From assembly GCF_009914755.1 (NCBI RefSeq), contig NC_060932.1: a stretch of 64,000 nucleotides of DNA; one strand, 5' to 3'. The notes beneath the pieces are model-generated. The model was not told the origin of the DNA and did not search any database. It worked only from the letters and a program-made list of their open reading frames with translations. Positions 27,346-39,789 of this stretch are shown in pieces (positions within the stretch are counted from its first letter, which is position 1; each line of letters begins with the position of its first letter). Position numbers and translations under genes: made by a program. This DNA is from the human T2T-CHM13v2.0 reference genome, Homo sapiens.

Positions 27346-28059
27346 GTTAGGCTGAGCCCGAGGCCTGGCACTGGGTGGAGAGAGGTACGCAAAGAGCTTG
27401 AGGCCCCAAATTCAGTCCTCTTCCCCACACCCAGACAACCCTCATGGCGGCTGCCCTGACCCAGACATCACCTACATGACCCAGGCCTGCCCACGTGAAG
27501 GGCCGGATGTGCAGGCCAAGCTGACAGCAGAGCAGGAGCGGGGGGTTACCATGGCAGTCAGGTACCATGAGGACCTAAGTGGGGCCAGCCTGCAGGGTGG
27601 GGGTGGATGAGGTGAAATGGAAGAGCAGCGGCTCGACGCTCTGAAACACCTAGAAATAAACCCCAGCTCTGCCCTGCACCAGCTGCGCGGCCCTGGGATG
27701 AGGTTTGAGAGCCCCAGGGGCCTCAGCTTCCTCCTCTGTACAGAGTGCAAAGTGCCACCTGCTCCACACCGTCATTAGGAAGGCCAGGTGAGATCCTGCA
27801 TCCCCTCAGCCACTCTCCAAACACCCCGAGCACCACCCACCAGCAGCTTGGTGCTCTAAGTGCCAGCTCCATGCCCAGCATGAACTGGGACACCCAGGTC
27901 TGCCCACACCCAGGACAGCCACTCCTGATGCTTCCTTTCCAGGGGCCTGAATGGGCTGAGCTCAGGAATCACACCCCATCTCAGGACACAGGCCACTTTC
28001 CTCAAAAGAACAGAACTGGTTTCCAGCCATCAGCATGACACAGTGAGGATCCTACCCTA

Positions 28060-28296
<237 letters not shown>

Positions 28297-28764
28297 TCAG
28301 GGTGCACAGGGGCCGCCGGCCCCTCCCCAGCCCCAAGACCCTGGCTCCATTGTACCCATTCCCTAGGCTACTCCAGGCTTCTCACCAGCCCCCAAACAGC
28401 AACCCCCCCACAGAGCCCCTTCAAGGTGGCCTCTTGGTCCACTGGTCCCTGCAGGAACACAGAAACACAGCCTGAGGAAGGTGTGCCCCCTCCCCTCCCA
28501 AGAGGGACCCCCAGCAAGGTGAGCCCTCTGGCCGGCTCTTAAAGACCAACCCCCACCGCCAGCCTCCCAGGTGGCTTCTGGGAGCGCTGGGCCCCCGCCA
28601 TGCAGGCAGGGCAGCATCCACTGCATGTGAGTCAGGCCCAGGCCGGGCTGAGAACCCGGCACCCATGCAGCCTGCCGGCATCTCTAGCTCCATCGTCTTG
28701 AGCCGCACTCCACGGTAGTGGGGCTGGGTCAGGCCCGGGGTTGGCTCTGCCCTGGCTGAATGAA

Positions 28765-28920
28765 ACCTGTGCAGCTGGCAAGAGCCATGGGGCCTCTCTG
28801 GGCCTCAGTTTCCTCATCTGTGAAGTAAGGGGAAGAAGAGGACCTGCGTCTTAGGGCTGTTGTGAGATGCAATCAGACACACATTATGGTTGGCAAACAG
28901 TAAGCACTCAACACATAACT
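28765..28920 (+). mobile_element. MIR
   Basis: cctctctgggcctcagtttcctcatctgtgaa..agggctgttgtgag..cagtaagcactcaa. Confidence 0.75.
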
Positions 28921-30109
28921 CATGGGAGTGGCGCCACCCTTGGGGCACCGGCCGTCCCTGGAATGGGGAGCTGGGCATCCCGCCCAAACCTCTCCTCCCG
29001 TGGGCTGCAGCTCCAGGGACTCAGAGCAAATGACCAGAGGATAACGGGAGCTCTCCTGCCCAGACACTGCCAGAGCGTCCTCCCTGTGTGCAGGGGTCCC
29101 TGTGCGGGCAGCTTCTGACTGGCCTACACCCTAATGCTATCACTACGGAACCTGCTGGCCAGGCCACACCTTAAGTTCTAAACACCTTAGGGCAAGGGCT
29201 CCACCCGCCCACACAAACACCTGAAGTGCGAAGGCAGGTTTCAGAGCAAAGTGAGCCTCACGCCAGCTGAGTACAGACCCAAGTCCCTAGGGCCGGGGAA
29301 GGCAGTGTGACCCCACGTTCCCTCTGAGCAAGACACCCGCCTGTGCCATCCAGCCCTGCCCAGAGCAGGGCAGCACCAGGACACCATCGACCCAGTGGGC
29401 CCCACTGCCCTGCTCAGAACAATCGGGACCCAAACAGCTCTGGTTGCTGCGGATCGCACCTACTAACATCCACTGCATTAGAAACTCAAACGGAGGCTTC
29501 TGAAATAGTAGTAACTCATTTTAAATAACAAAGCTCTTACTGTGAACACAGATAACATCTTTATTAAAAACCACTGCATTTTCCAAAACAAAACCCCTCA
29601 GAGACAGCGGTGCCGTCCTACAGTCGTGGCACCCTCCGGGCAGGCCCAGCAGGACAGCTGGACTCACACCTGCTGCTGGCGCAGGCCTTGTTCTGCCCAG
29701 GGCGCACGAAAACACCCGGCCCCACGCAGAGAGGCAGCAGGGAGAGTGGTCCTCAGCCCCTCTCTCCACAGGTCTCAGGCCTCGCATCCCAGGTACCTGC
29801 CCAGTCGCCATGGCCTCCCTCCCCTCTCTGCACGCTGCCTGGAATGGGGAGGTGGGCAGGAAGTTAGGTCTCAGTAGGAGGCAGGAGATGTCTGCTGCCC
29901 CAGGGGAGAGTGGGCTCTGAGAGCGGGTGGGATTCCAGGAGCCCCGAGTGAGAGGCAGGTCTCAACGCAGCGAGCAGAGAGCTCTGCACATGTGCCGGGG
30001 CCTCATCGGGAAAAGCTCAGATGTGGAAGACAGCCCAAGACACATGGGGGAAACACAGCGTGGAGGAAACAGACACTATCCAGAGAGAAAACTTTAACAC
30101 GTAACAGCA

Positions 30110-30345
30110 TAGCAGCTAGCACTTCCTTAACACTTGGCGCGTGACGACAATCACAGAGGCGCTTTACTACACGCGCAGATTCATCCTCACAACCCTCTAA
30201 GCTGGGGCCACAAGCATCTTTACCTTGCAGCTGAGGAAACTGAGGCATGGAGAGGTGAGGTAACTTGCCCAAGGTCCCCCAGCTGCTAAGTGGTGGAGAA
30301 GGTTTCAGGCTCGGGCAGTCTGGTTCCAACACCTGAGTTCTCTGT
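30110..30345 (-). mobile_element. MIR
   Basis: atcctcacaaccct..gaggaaactgaggcatggagaggtgaggtaacttgcccaaggtc..cagct. Confidence 0.8.
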
Positions 30346-31399
30346 ACTGCCCTCAAAGGAACGAGCTCAGATAACAAAGGCTGTGTTAACAGCCCCAGGA
30401 CAGGAAGGGGGGACGCCAAGAAAGGGACTTTCAGAGAACACAGAGGAGCACCGAGAAGCCAACATTGGGAGCAGCAGCAAAGAGCTCCAGAGAAGGGGCA
30501 GGCAGAGCGGGGGCCTCCAGAAACCAGAGCACGAAGACACCGCAGAGTCAGAGGAAACCACCAGCCCTGCACAGGCACTTCTCCATCCGAGGAAGGAGAG
30601 TTCCAGAAAGAAGGACAGGAGGGCCAAGGGAAGAGAATCGTCAGGAACAGCATTCACACTGATCCCAGCCAGAGCTCACTCGAGCTGGTTAGGGGCCCCT
30701 CACGCCCCGTGAGACCTCAAGAGCACAAGCCGTCTTGGGTGAGGGCTGCTGCACAGGCTTTCAGAGAACTCGGGGAGGGGCACTCAAACCCCAGGTGGGG
30801 AGGGTCCAGCAGTCCCAAGGAAGCGGCTCAAGGGGGCTCTGAGCACAGGGCACTACTTGCCATCACCTCAAATGATGGTGGGGCGCTGGTGGGGCCAGCC
30901 AGGCCTGACACAAGACTTGTGTTTGGGGAGCTCCCTCTACTTCAGGATTGGGAGCAAGCTGCTGGGGGCACGTGAGGGGCTGGCAGGGCAGTGAGCAGGT
31001 GGCGGCAGGAACCAGGGCCCGGGAGGGAGGAGGGTGGAGCTAGGGATTGGCACGGAACCCAGGGAGAGTCAAGGACAAGTCCTAAGTTCTGGCCCAGAAG
31101 GCACACGGACAGTGCTTTGACTTCCTCGTGCCAGAAAGTGAGGGGAGCCGTGTGCAGGGATGAGCCCAGAGGGGCTGGCACAGGCAGGCAGATACCCAAA
31201 GCCCTGGAGGTGGGGCTACATGCAGAACGCGAGTCCACTGTGTAGGGACAGTTGTTAAGGAAGAGAACTCCCAGGGAGAGAAGCCACCACGGAGAGAGGA
31301 GAGGGCCCCACAGACAACACAGGAGATGGGGACGAGTCAGGGGGATGTTAACCAGAGGCCACGAAAGCCAGGGCGGAGGCTCCATGAGAGGAGGGGGCG

Positions 31400-31815
31400 G
31401 CCAGCGGCCATCACTGCAAAGGGCAGCGGGGTCTGCTGTGTTTCAGGACAAGGGGAGCAGCCAGCGGCCATCACTGCAAAGGGCGGCGGGGTCTGCTGTG
31501 TTTCAGGACAAGGGGAGCAGCCAGCGGCCATCACTGCAAAGGGCACCAGGGTCTGCTGTGTTTCAGGACAAGGGGAGCAGCCAGCGGCCATCACTGCAAA
31601 GGGCGGCGGGGTCTGCTGTGTTTCAGGACAAGGGGAGCAGCCAGCGGCCATCACTGCAAAGGGCGGCGGGGTCTGCTGGGTTTCAGGACAAAGGGAACAG
31701 CCAGCGGCCATCACTGCAAAGGGCGGCGGGGTCTGCTGGGTTTCAGGACAAGGGGGAGCAGCCAGCGGCCATCACTGCAAAGGGCGGCAGGGTCTGCTAG
31801 GTTTCAGGACAAGGA
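31400..31815. repeat. VNTR, 60-bp unit, 7 copies
   Basis: gccagcggccatcactgcaaagggcggcggggtctgctgtgtttcaggacaaggggagca. The copies align line by line in the listing. Confidence 0.96.
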
Positions 31816-34800
31816 GGAGCACAGGAAGCTTGAGGAGGGCTCATGAGAGGTAGGAACGCTCATGGGAGGAGGGAAGGGATTCAAGTCTGAAAGAGCTGAG
31901 CTGAATCAGAGCTGGGGCCCCTGGGGGGACTGGAAGGCTGCCCAACTCCCCTCTGCTCCGGCCAGGCACATGGAGGGGAGTGAAGATTTGTGAGCTGCTC
32001 CACCGCCACCAAAGAGACCACCTGACCAAACTCACAATTTCATTTCGCTGCATATGGAAACATGAAACACCTCTGTGTTTGCTCAGCCAGCTCAGGGACA
32101 AAGGCTAACCCACGGTCAGGGCCACCGAGTCACCGCAGGCAGAGGAGGCCGGTCTGGAAACACGAAATGGCAGCACATGTCTTCTGCCTATTCACGGCCC
32201 CGCCCAGCAAGCCACTCTGGGCCCCTGGGGACACCTGGAATCCAGTGGGTGCAACCCCCCCATCGCTGGGAGACCACAAGGGGCCATGGGGTACTGAGCT
32301 GTACCAACCCAAACCCCCCAGGTGCCCCACGCTTCCACTTCCCTCCAGTGTCCGACTCAACCCCCATCCTGCGCTGGCCCAGCCCTCTCCAGTCCTGCCC
32401 CAGCCCACAGTGGCCCCTGTGCCCACACCGGCACCCAAGGTCTCTGGGAGCTGGGCCCTGTCCTGCCCCAGCCTCAGCTCTTGCTGCGCCCCTGCCCCAC
32501 ACCCTTGCTCACTGGGGGTTCTGCCTGTTTCACCCAGGCTGCCTCCCACCTCTGTGCCTTCACCCAGGCTGTTACTCGGCTTCCCCCATGCTGCCCCTGC
32601 TCCTCCACCCGGCAACCAGCTCATGCCCCCACTTCTCAACCCAGCTGTCCCACCGGGCCAGCCAGGTGCTCCCATCCTGACCTTCCTGCCCACACCTGAC
32701 CTCAGAGCCCGATGCTTACCACACGTCAGGCCGAGCAACGCCATGCTCCATAAGATGCAGATGCCCACCTGTTCCCTGCCTGAGGGAGGCTGCACGCCCG
32801 CTGGAGCCGTCCTCACCCACGCTGGCCCGGTCCAGTGCATCATCACCCCAGCCCTGCCCTGACCTCAGCACATCCCAGCAGGCCAGATCGGAAACCCTGT
32901 CTCCTGTCCCTAATCAAGAACCCCCACAGGATTGGTCCACCCTTCACTGAGGGAGGAAAGAACAAGAAGCCCAGCCCTCACAGGTGCTGAGCCAGTGTCC
33001 TTAGACACGGCACCGCTCACGTCGCTGGATGCCACACAAGTCCATGAGGAGGTTCTCTCATGCAACCCATTCACGGGGGAGCCAGGGAAATCTCCAAAAG
33101 AGAATCTGACTGGCCCCAGGCCACCCAGAGCCCGCCTGCCTCACCTGCACCTGCTCAGCAGGCACTGGCCAGGTGCCTCACCTGTGTGAGCAATGCTGAT
33201 CCTCACGACACTTGTGAGGCAGGACTTATAACCCCATTCAAGAAGAGGACACTAAGGCCCGGGGTCAGCCAGCCGTCAGTGCAGGGCATGAAACATGCCA
33301 GAAGGCCTCAGACACCCTGGCCACAGCATGCCACTCCTGTCCCAGCAGGAGCACACTGCCAATCACAGCTGGCATAGCTGCCCTGCCAGGAGGAGGGGTC
33401 AGCACCCAGGCATGCTGGCTCGCTCGGATGGGACTTCACCCGGACACCATGAGAGCCTCTCAGAAGTGAGCTGGGTGCAGGGAAGGGCTGTGCCACAGAA
33501 GCCAGGAAGGCAGCCAGGCACTGTGGGGTGCGGCCTCGAAGGCCTGGGCACAGCAAGAGAGGGAGCCAGGCCTTCCCAACCAAAGCACTCTGCTGAGTTC
33601 AGGACGCGGTGGCGCCCCCAAGAACTCCAGGAGAAGGCAGGCCAGCATAAGGGGCTGCACATGGGCAGGGGACCCAGCCAGGGCTAGCACTCAGAGGAGG
33701 GAGGGCTGGGCAGGCAGAGGCATGGCCAGGAGGGGATGTGGCAGAGGACAGGGACGAGGCATGAGGGGGACACGGAGTCCCTTGGGGGAGTGTGGCAAGG
33801 GCAGAGCGGGCACTGGCTGAGCCACATGTGGCTGAGGGCCTGGGCCAGGGCCGCAGAAGCCATTCGCAGCCCCGCTGAGCGGAAGCTGGCAGCGGGGCCA
33901 GGACGGAGGGGTGGGCAGAGGCTGCCAGGCTGTTTTGCCCAAGAATAGCCCGAGCTCCAGGGCTGCCTCAATGAGGCCGGACGGAGGCCAGGGACAATGC
34001 CCCACTTGCTCCCAAGGAGGCTTCCTACCGAGCTGCTTCCGTGCCCGCCGAGGCCAGCCACCAGCCCCTCAGGCTGGCGCCGGCCCTCCCCAGGGCCCCC
34101 GCCCCCCACCAGCCTGAAGGGAGCCGTCTGTCCTTGCACTGCCCAGATCCTGTTTGCAGGGCGCCGGGGGAAGCGGCGGTGCCAGGGAACACCCACCTCA
34201 GGCGTGCCACCACCCTGGCAACTCAGCCTGCCCCTGGGACAAAGCGCCCCGGCCCAGGAGGAGGGAGGCCTGGCAGCAGGCCACACCCACTGCCCACCGG
34301 GCTCCCGGCTCCAGCTCTGGGGCTCAGTCCCCAACTCCTGGGCTGTGGGGCCAGTGTGGGGGTCTTGAGCCCTTCAGTCAGACTCCCCAGTAGGGCCTCT
34401 GAGGCAGGGGGCCGGGCCCCCACACAGGCAGAGGACACCCAGGCTGGGCCACCCTTCCCCCAGCAGATGGGAACAGCGTTCCCCGGGCCGGGGCTTCCAG
34501 AACAGCTCCAGCCCCTCAGCCTGGCTTGAGAGCAGGTCGCCCACAGGGCCAGGCCCCACACAGGTCGCACCAGCTCTCCCGCCCCTGGTTTTCTCATCTG
34601 TCAAATGGACAGCAGTCCCTCCCTCACCTTCGGGCACGCGTTCTCTGTACCTCTGACCCGGGCACCGTGGTGGGGACACAGCAGCTCCAGACAGGCCTGG
34701 CCTGCTCTCGGAGACTCTGTGCTCCAGATGGGGACAGACGGGAAAGCGGCATCGTGCTTGTCCCATGGGGGAGGAAACGACAAGGGCAGCTGATTGGATG

Positions 34801-35911
34801 TGCCGGGTCAGTGAGGGCACCAGAGGCCCCGACAACTTGGGCTGCAGGACATGAGCGCAGGGACGGGCTCCTCGGGCGAGCCCAGGGCTGAGCCGCCAAC
34901 CAGGACACACGGCAGCAGAGGCAATGGCAAGAAGCGGCGCTGCCTCCCAGGAGCGAGGGCACAGAAAGCAGCCCAGGGCCCACACCCAGACGAGGGGCCA
35001 GGGCACGGGCGACCTGTGGCCTCCACGGTGCCCACCTGCGGACCCAGTGTGGCTGAGCTCACGCATGGGCTTTCTGCAGCCCCCAGCCTCCCCTGTCCCC
35101 TGGGGAAAAACATGGTGACCGAGGTGGAGCTGAACTCACTCCCAGGGAGCTCAGGCTCAGGCTTGCCCTTGGCCAGTGGAACACATGCTACCTTCACACT
35201 CCCTAAATGAACCTCAGGCGAGCTCCACAGGCAAGGCCGGAAAAGACAGAGGGAGCTGTCAGTTCACAGGGACGGGTGCACACACACAGGGAGCAGAGGC
35301 CTAGATCAGTGGCCAGACCACAGCCAGACCCCGCTGCAGACCGCCGGGAGCCCTCAGCCGCGCCCCACCACAGGGAGAAACCACAACACAAATTTCTGCT
35401 CTCCAAAGCCTACCCTTTGGGGGAAACCAGTTTCCAGGGCAAAATGAAACTGCAAAGTTCAAGAGGAGAAACTGAATGATGGATGAGGCGCCCCGATGGC
35501 CTGCAGCAGGAGGGCTTGCTGTCAGCAGGGCAGCTGCCCACCAGGAGCCCCCATGGATGGCCACGCTGCAGCTCCTCTGCCGGGTGCGCAGCTTTCACCA
35601 CACCCCTAACACAGCCTCTCCACAGGCAGGAATCAGACAGCGGCACAGGAAGGGGCAGTCCCAGGAAAAGTGAGCACCTTGTCTGGCATCCTACTCCCAG
35701 GCGGGAAGAGACAGAACCAGGACCCCAGCGGAGCTGTGGCCTCAGGGGTTGCTGCTGGAGCTGTCTTCCCACCGTGAATTAGCTGACTCCCTTACCTGGC
35801 CTCAACAGACCCACGTTGACAGCAGTAGGTCACCTCCCTGCCCTGGACATTATCGGCCTCTTTAGACTTCTCTGTATAATCCCTAAAAGCATTCAGCGTA
35901 AGGCAGAGAAC

Positions 35912-36219
35912 ACAGTCTGAGCACACTTTCTGCTGCTGTAACAGAATGTCACTCACAGGGGAGTCTGTAAGGAAAGAGATTTCCTCAGCTCGTGGTTCTG
36001 GGGGCTGGGAAGTCCAAGACAGAGGGGCCTCCGGTGGAAGAGCATACAAGCACACTAGGCCGAGATCAAGTGGGGGCCAGCGCTTCCTCTCATCAGGAGA
36101 TCACCCCCAGATACGGCAGTGACCACGACCCAATCACCTCTCACGGGTCCCACTCTTCATACCGTCACAATGGTGACTGGATTTCAATGAGTTTTGGAGG
36201 GGACATTCACACCACAGCA
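35912..36219 (-). mobile_element. MST-family (ERVL-MaLR) LTR fragment
   Basis: tgctgctgtaacagaat..ctcgtggttctggg.gctgggaagtccaaga..caatcacctct..gagttttggagggacattcacaccacagca. Confidence 0.75.
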
Positions 36220-36730
36220 CAGTCCCAGTCCAGGAGCAGAAGACCTGGCAAAGTCCCAGCTCAACCTCTAGCTGGATCTCTCTCTAGCCTGCTGTGTCCC
36301 AGCAAGTCCTGGCCCTTGAATCTGTTTCTTTCTCTGTAACATGGGACCAAGAAGGGAAATCTCAGAGGGTGGGTGTGAAGACCAGTGAGATGAAACATGT
36401 GAGCCACACTTAGGTCCAGGCAGGAGCTCAAAGCCCAACTTCCAAATCCCTGGACGCTCGGGTCCTGGCCCCATCCTAACTCATAGACATCTAGAAGGGT
36501 TCCTGACCCCCCAGAAGCCCACAGCCACCATGCTACACTCAAACAGACCAGTCTCCAAGCCGCCAGCACGGAAGAGGATCTTCTGTCATCTCCCCACGTG
36601 GCTGTGTGAGGGCTGTGGCTGCCTGTGCACTGGTATCTACTGGGGATGGCCCTACGGGTAGAGCCATCCCAAGACCATGTGGCCCAGAGGAAGCAGCAGG
36701 GCCTGGTGAGGAAAGCGGGGAGCCTCTGGA

Positions 36731-37070
36731 TCCTGTTTCCTGGTTCCTCTAGCTCAGTATGGAGGCTGCTGGCCCTGCCCTCTGTAAGAAAATGTCATAC
36801 AGATCCATCACCGGTGGAGGTGGCCTGGGGAGACGTGGCCTTTTCAGTGGGAACCAGGGGGAGAGGGAGAAGAGATGTGGGTTAAAGCCCCGATTCAAGG
36901 TGCACAGGGGCCTCGTGCCCCTCCCCAGCCCCATGAGCCTGGCTCCACTGCACCCATTCCCTAGGCCACCCGGGGCTTCTCACCAGCCCCCACAGAGCCC
37001 CTTCAAGGTGGCCTCTTGGTCCACTGGTCCCTGCAGGAACACAAAAACACAACCTGAAGACGGCGTTCCC
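36731..37070. pseudogene. Partly inverted duplicate of the TSNARE1 exon 2 region (pseudo-exon)
   Basis: 36744-36850 is the reverse complement of 28139-28245 (95/107 identical, ungapped, by manual alignment). 36855-37070 is a direct copy of about 28256-28479 with a 16-nt deletion. Confidence 0.93.
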
Positions 37071-37789
37071 AGGGAATCCTGAGCTGCCCAGCCTGCCACT
37101 CACCCTGAGGGCCAGACAGACACCACGAACTGGTCCCCACAGGAGCCTTCAAGCTGTGACTGATGTCCCCTGGACCACCCTCCCCTCTACTGCCCACTGC
37201 CCACAGAACCCACCAAAACGGCTCCCACCCATGAATGTGCCCTCAGGGTGCTTTGGAAGTCAACCGACCCAGAGATCTCAGGGTGAAGACCACGCACGCC
37301 CTCGCAAGAGACCGGGATACCCAATAGATGGTGCCTTGCGTCTGGTCACACCTGCTCACAAGACCATAGTCTCATGTGGAGATGTGTAGGACCTGTCTGG
37401 GGGTCAAAGGGGATGATGAGTGACGGCAGACAGCATGGTTCCAGGTGAGGAAGAAGAGTCACCTGTACCAGGAATTCTCTAACTGAAACCTCAATTTTTA
37501 AAAGGAGAAAACAAAACCTGGGGAGGGAAAATCACTTATCAAGGTCACAGGGACACAGCGGATCTAGAATAAGGTACCTGGCGCCCCATGGCTGCAGTGC
37601 CTTCTACCTGCCCCAGCTTCCACACTCAGGGTTCCTCGGCGCTCTCCCTGCACTGGCACTAAGGCCTGAGGTCTGCCCTCATGGCAGTCTCCCTGCTGGA
37701 CCATGAGCTACGGAGGAAGAGAAGCATGTCCTCGTCATCCTACCCGCCACACTAAGCACTCCCGCGCTCACTCACCAAGCAGTGGTACT

Positions 37790-39071
37790 CGATTAGAACT
37801 TGGAGGAGTCAGCGTGAATTCATAGTTTTTAAGATGCACAGAGAAATACAGATATAGATGTGTGTGGGTATATATAATCACACAGGCACACTCATTTACA
37901 TAGCTGAGTGTGTACATGACAGACATCTACTCCCTAGCTTTGTCCACTGAGAGGGCTGAGACACTACACACCCCCACAGCAATGGGCACACCCAGCACAG
38001 AGCTCTTGCTTCCTAAATACCACTCTTCACCGAAAGCAAGCAAGAGATATTAACATGTCTTAGAGAAATGGCTGATTCCAGGACTATACCCAGGAAAGTA
38101 AAAGATAAGTCTGGATCATGGAGCATGCTGTTATGCAAAAGAGTACGGAAGAGCTCAAATAAAGGTGGGGCATCTAAAAAGGACACAAGAACCAGCTTGA
38201 AAAGGCTGTCCCTGGCCAAATCTGGACAATCTGAGCATGAAAATAAATAATGATAAGAATTGTGTAATTCATTGAATAAAATAAAAATTTATGAGTCCAC
38301 ACTGTTATAGATGAATAAGTAGAAAAAAACAAGAAGAGCTTTTCTTTAGAGTAGAAAGCCAGCTAATAACTGTGGAAGGAATGATGGAACCAGCAACCAA
38401 CAGGATAATCATTCATTCTGGTAAGAATGTCCAACAGATGTTAAAGCTAGTGTGTGAAGGCTTGATGAATAACAGGATATTTACATAATTGCAAAGGATC
38501 TTCCCTGAGATACTTATAAATTAAAAATGTAAGAAAATAACTTTACATAAGAGAAGTCTGGTAGGCATCATCTTAATCAAATGATCTAAGTCAGCATCAT
38601 CAGCCATGGGACAAGCCAGCACCACATACCCCTCTGACACGATGCACAGAGAAGAACACCACTTCCATGATCTCCCTGCCCAAAGTGTGTGACTGTGAGA
38701 AACAGCAGAGACACTCAGACTGAGAAGAACTCACCGGCCATCTTCAAAATGTCAATGTTATCAAAGACAGGCAGACTGAGGTGTTGTCTGAAATAAAAGG
38801 AGGCTAAAGAGACAATCACTAAAACCAACACAGGATCTGGGATTTCATGTTACTAAAAAGGACGTTTTGCTAAAAAGAACACAACTCAAAAGGTCTGTCC
38901 TGTGAATATGAACACAACCTTTAGAATGGAGAAGCTATTGTATCCATGTCAATGTCCTGATCTTGATCACTGTGGTGTAGCTATACACATTGTGTATTTG
39001 GGGATCAAGGAGCATCACATCTGCAACTCACTATCAAGTAGTTCTGAGAAAAACCATCCATAAACACATGC

Positions 39072-39125
<54 letters not shown>

Positions 39126-39290
39126 GGGAACAAAGAATAAACCAAATGAGGGGACATGTTAACATTTGGGATATTTGGGCAAAATATACACAACAAGTTT
39201 TCCTGTTAATCTGGCAACTTTTCTTTAAAACTAAAATTATGTCCAAAAGTTCTAAATTAAACCTAAAATAAAAACTCACTGGAAATTATT
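37790..39290 (+). mobile_element. L1MC/MD-type 3' region
   Basis: ttcctaaataccactct..gaaatggctgattccagg..aagaaccagcttgaaa..ggccaaatctggacaat..tctgcaact..caagtagttc. Confidence 0.65.
39070..39125. repeat. (CA)n(GA)n microsatellite
   Basis: Read directly from the sequence. Confidence 0.95.
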
Positions 39291-39520
39291 TTTTAATCAT
39301 AGGAATAAATTGTAAAAGGTGCAAGCACTGAAAAGTGCAAAACATTACTAAAAGAAAGTGAAGAACATGTAAATGAGTGAAGAGACCTACCATGTTCATG
39401 GACAGGAACACTCAAGACTGTGCAGCTACAGCAGCTGATGGTTTTGTAGAGGAATTTGGCTGAACATTTCCAATGTGCCAAAAATTGTCCCAGGACACTG
39501 AAAATGAAGGATTTTTCTGA

Positions 39521-39777
<257 letters not shown>

Positions 39778-39789
39778 TCTGATTGCTTT

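Noticed and set aside
31252-31853. ORFs with 20-aa repeats
   Set aside because: They result from a 60-bp (multiple of 3) tandem unit. No splice or coding evidence.
36759-37082. 107-aa plus-strand ORF resembling the tSNARE1 N-terminus as a new gene
   Set aside because: Similarity ends at the inversion breakpoint after about 20 codons. The rest reads through duplicated intron sequence, and no promoter or donor evidence was found.
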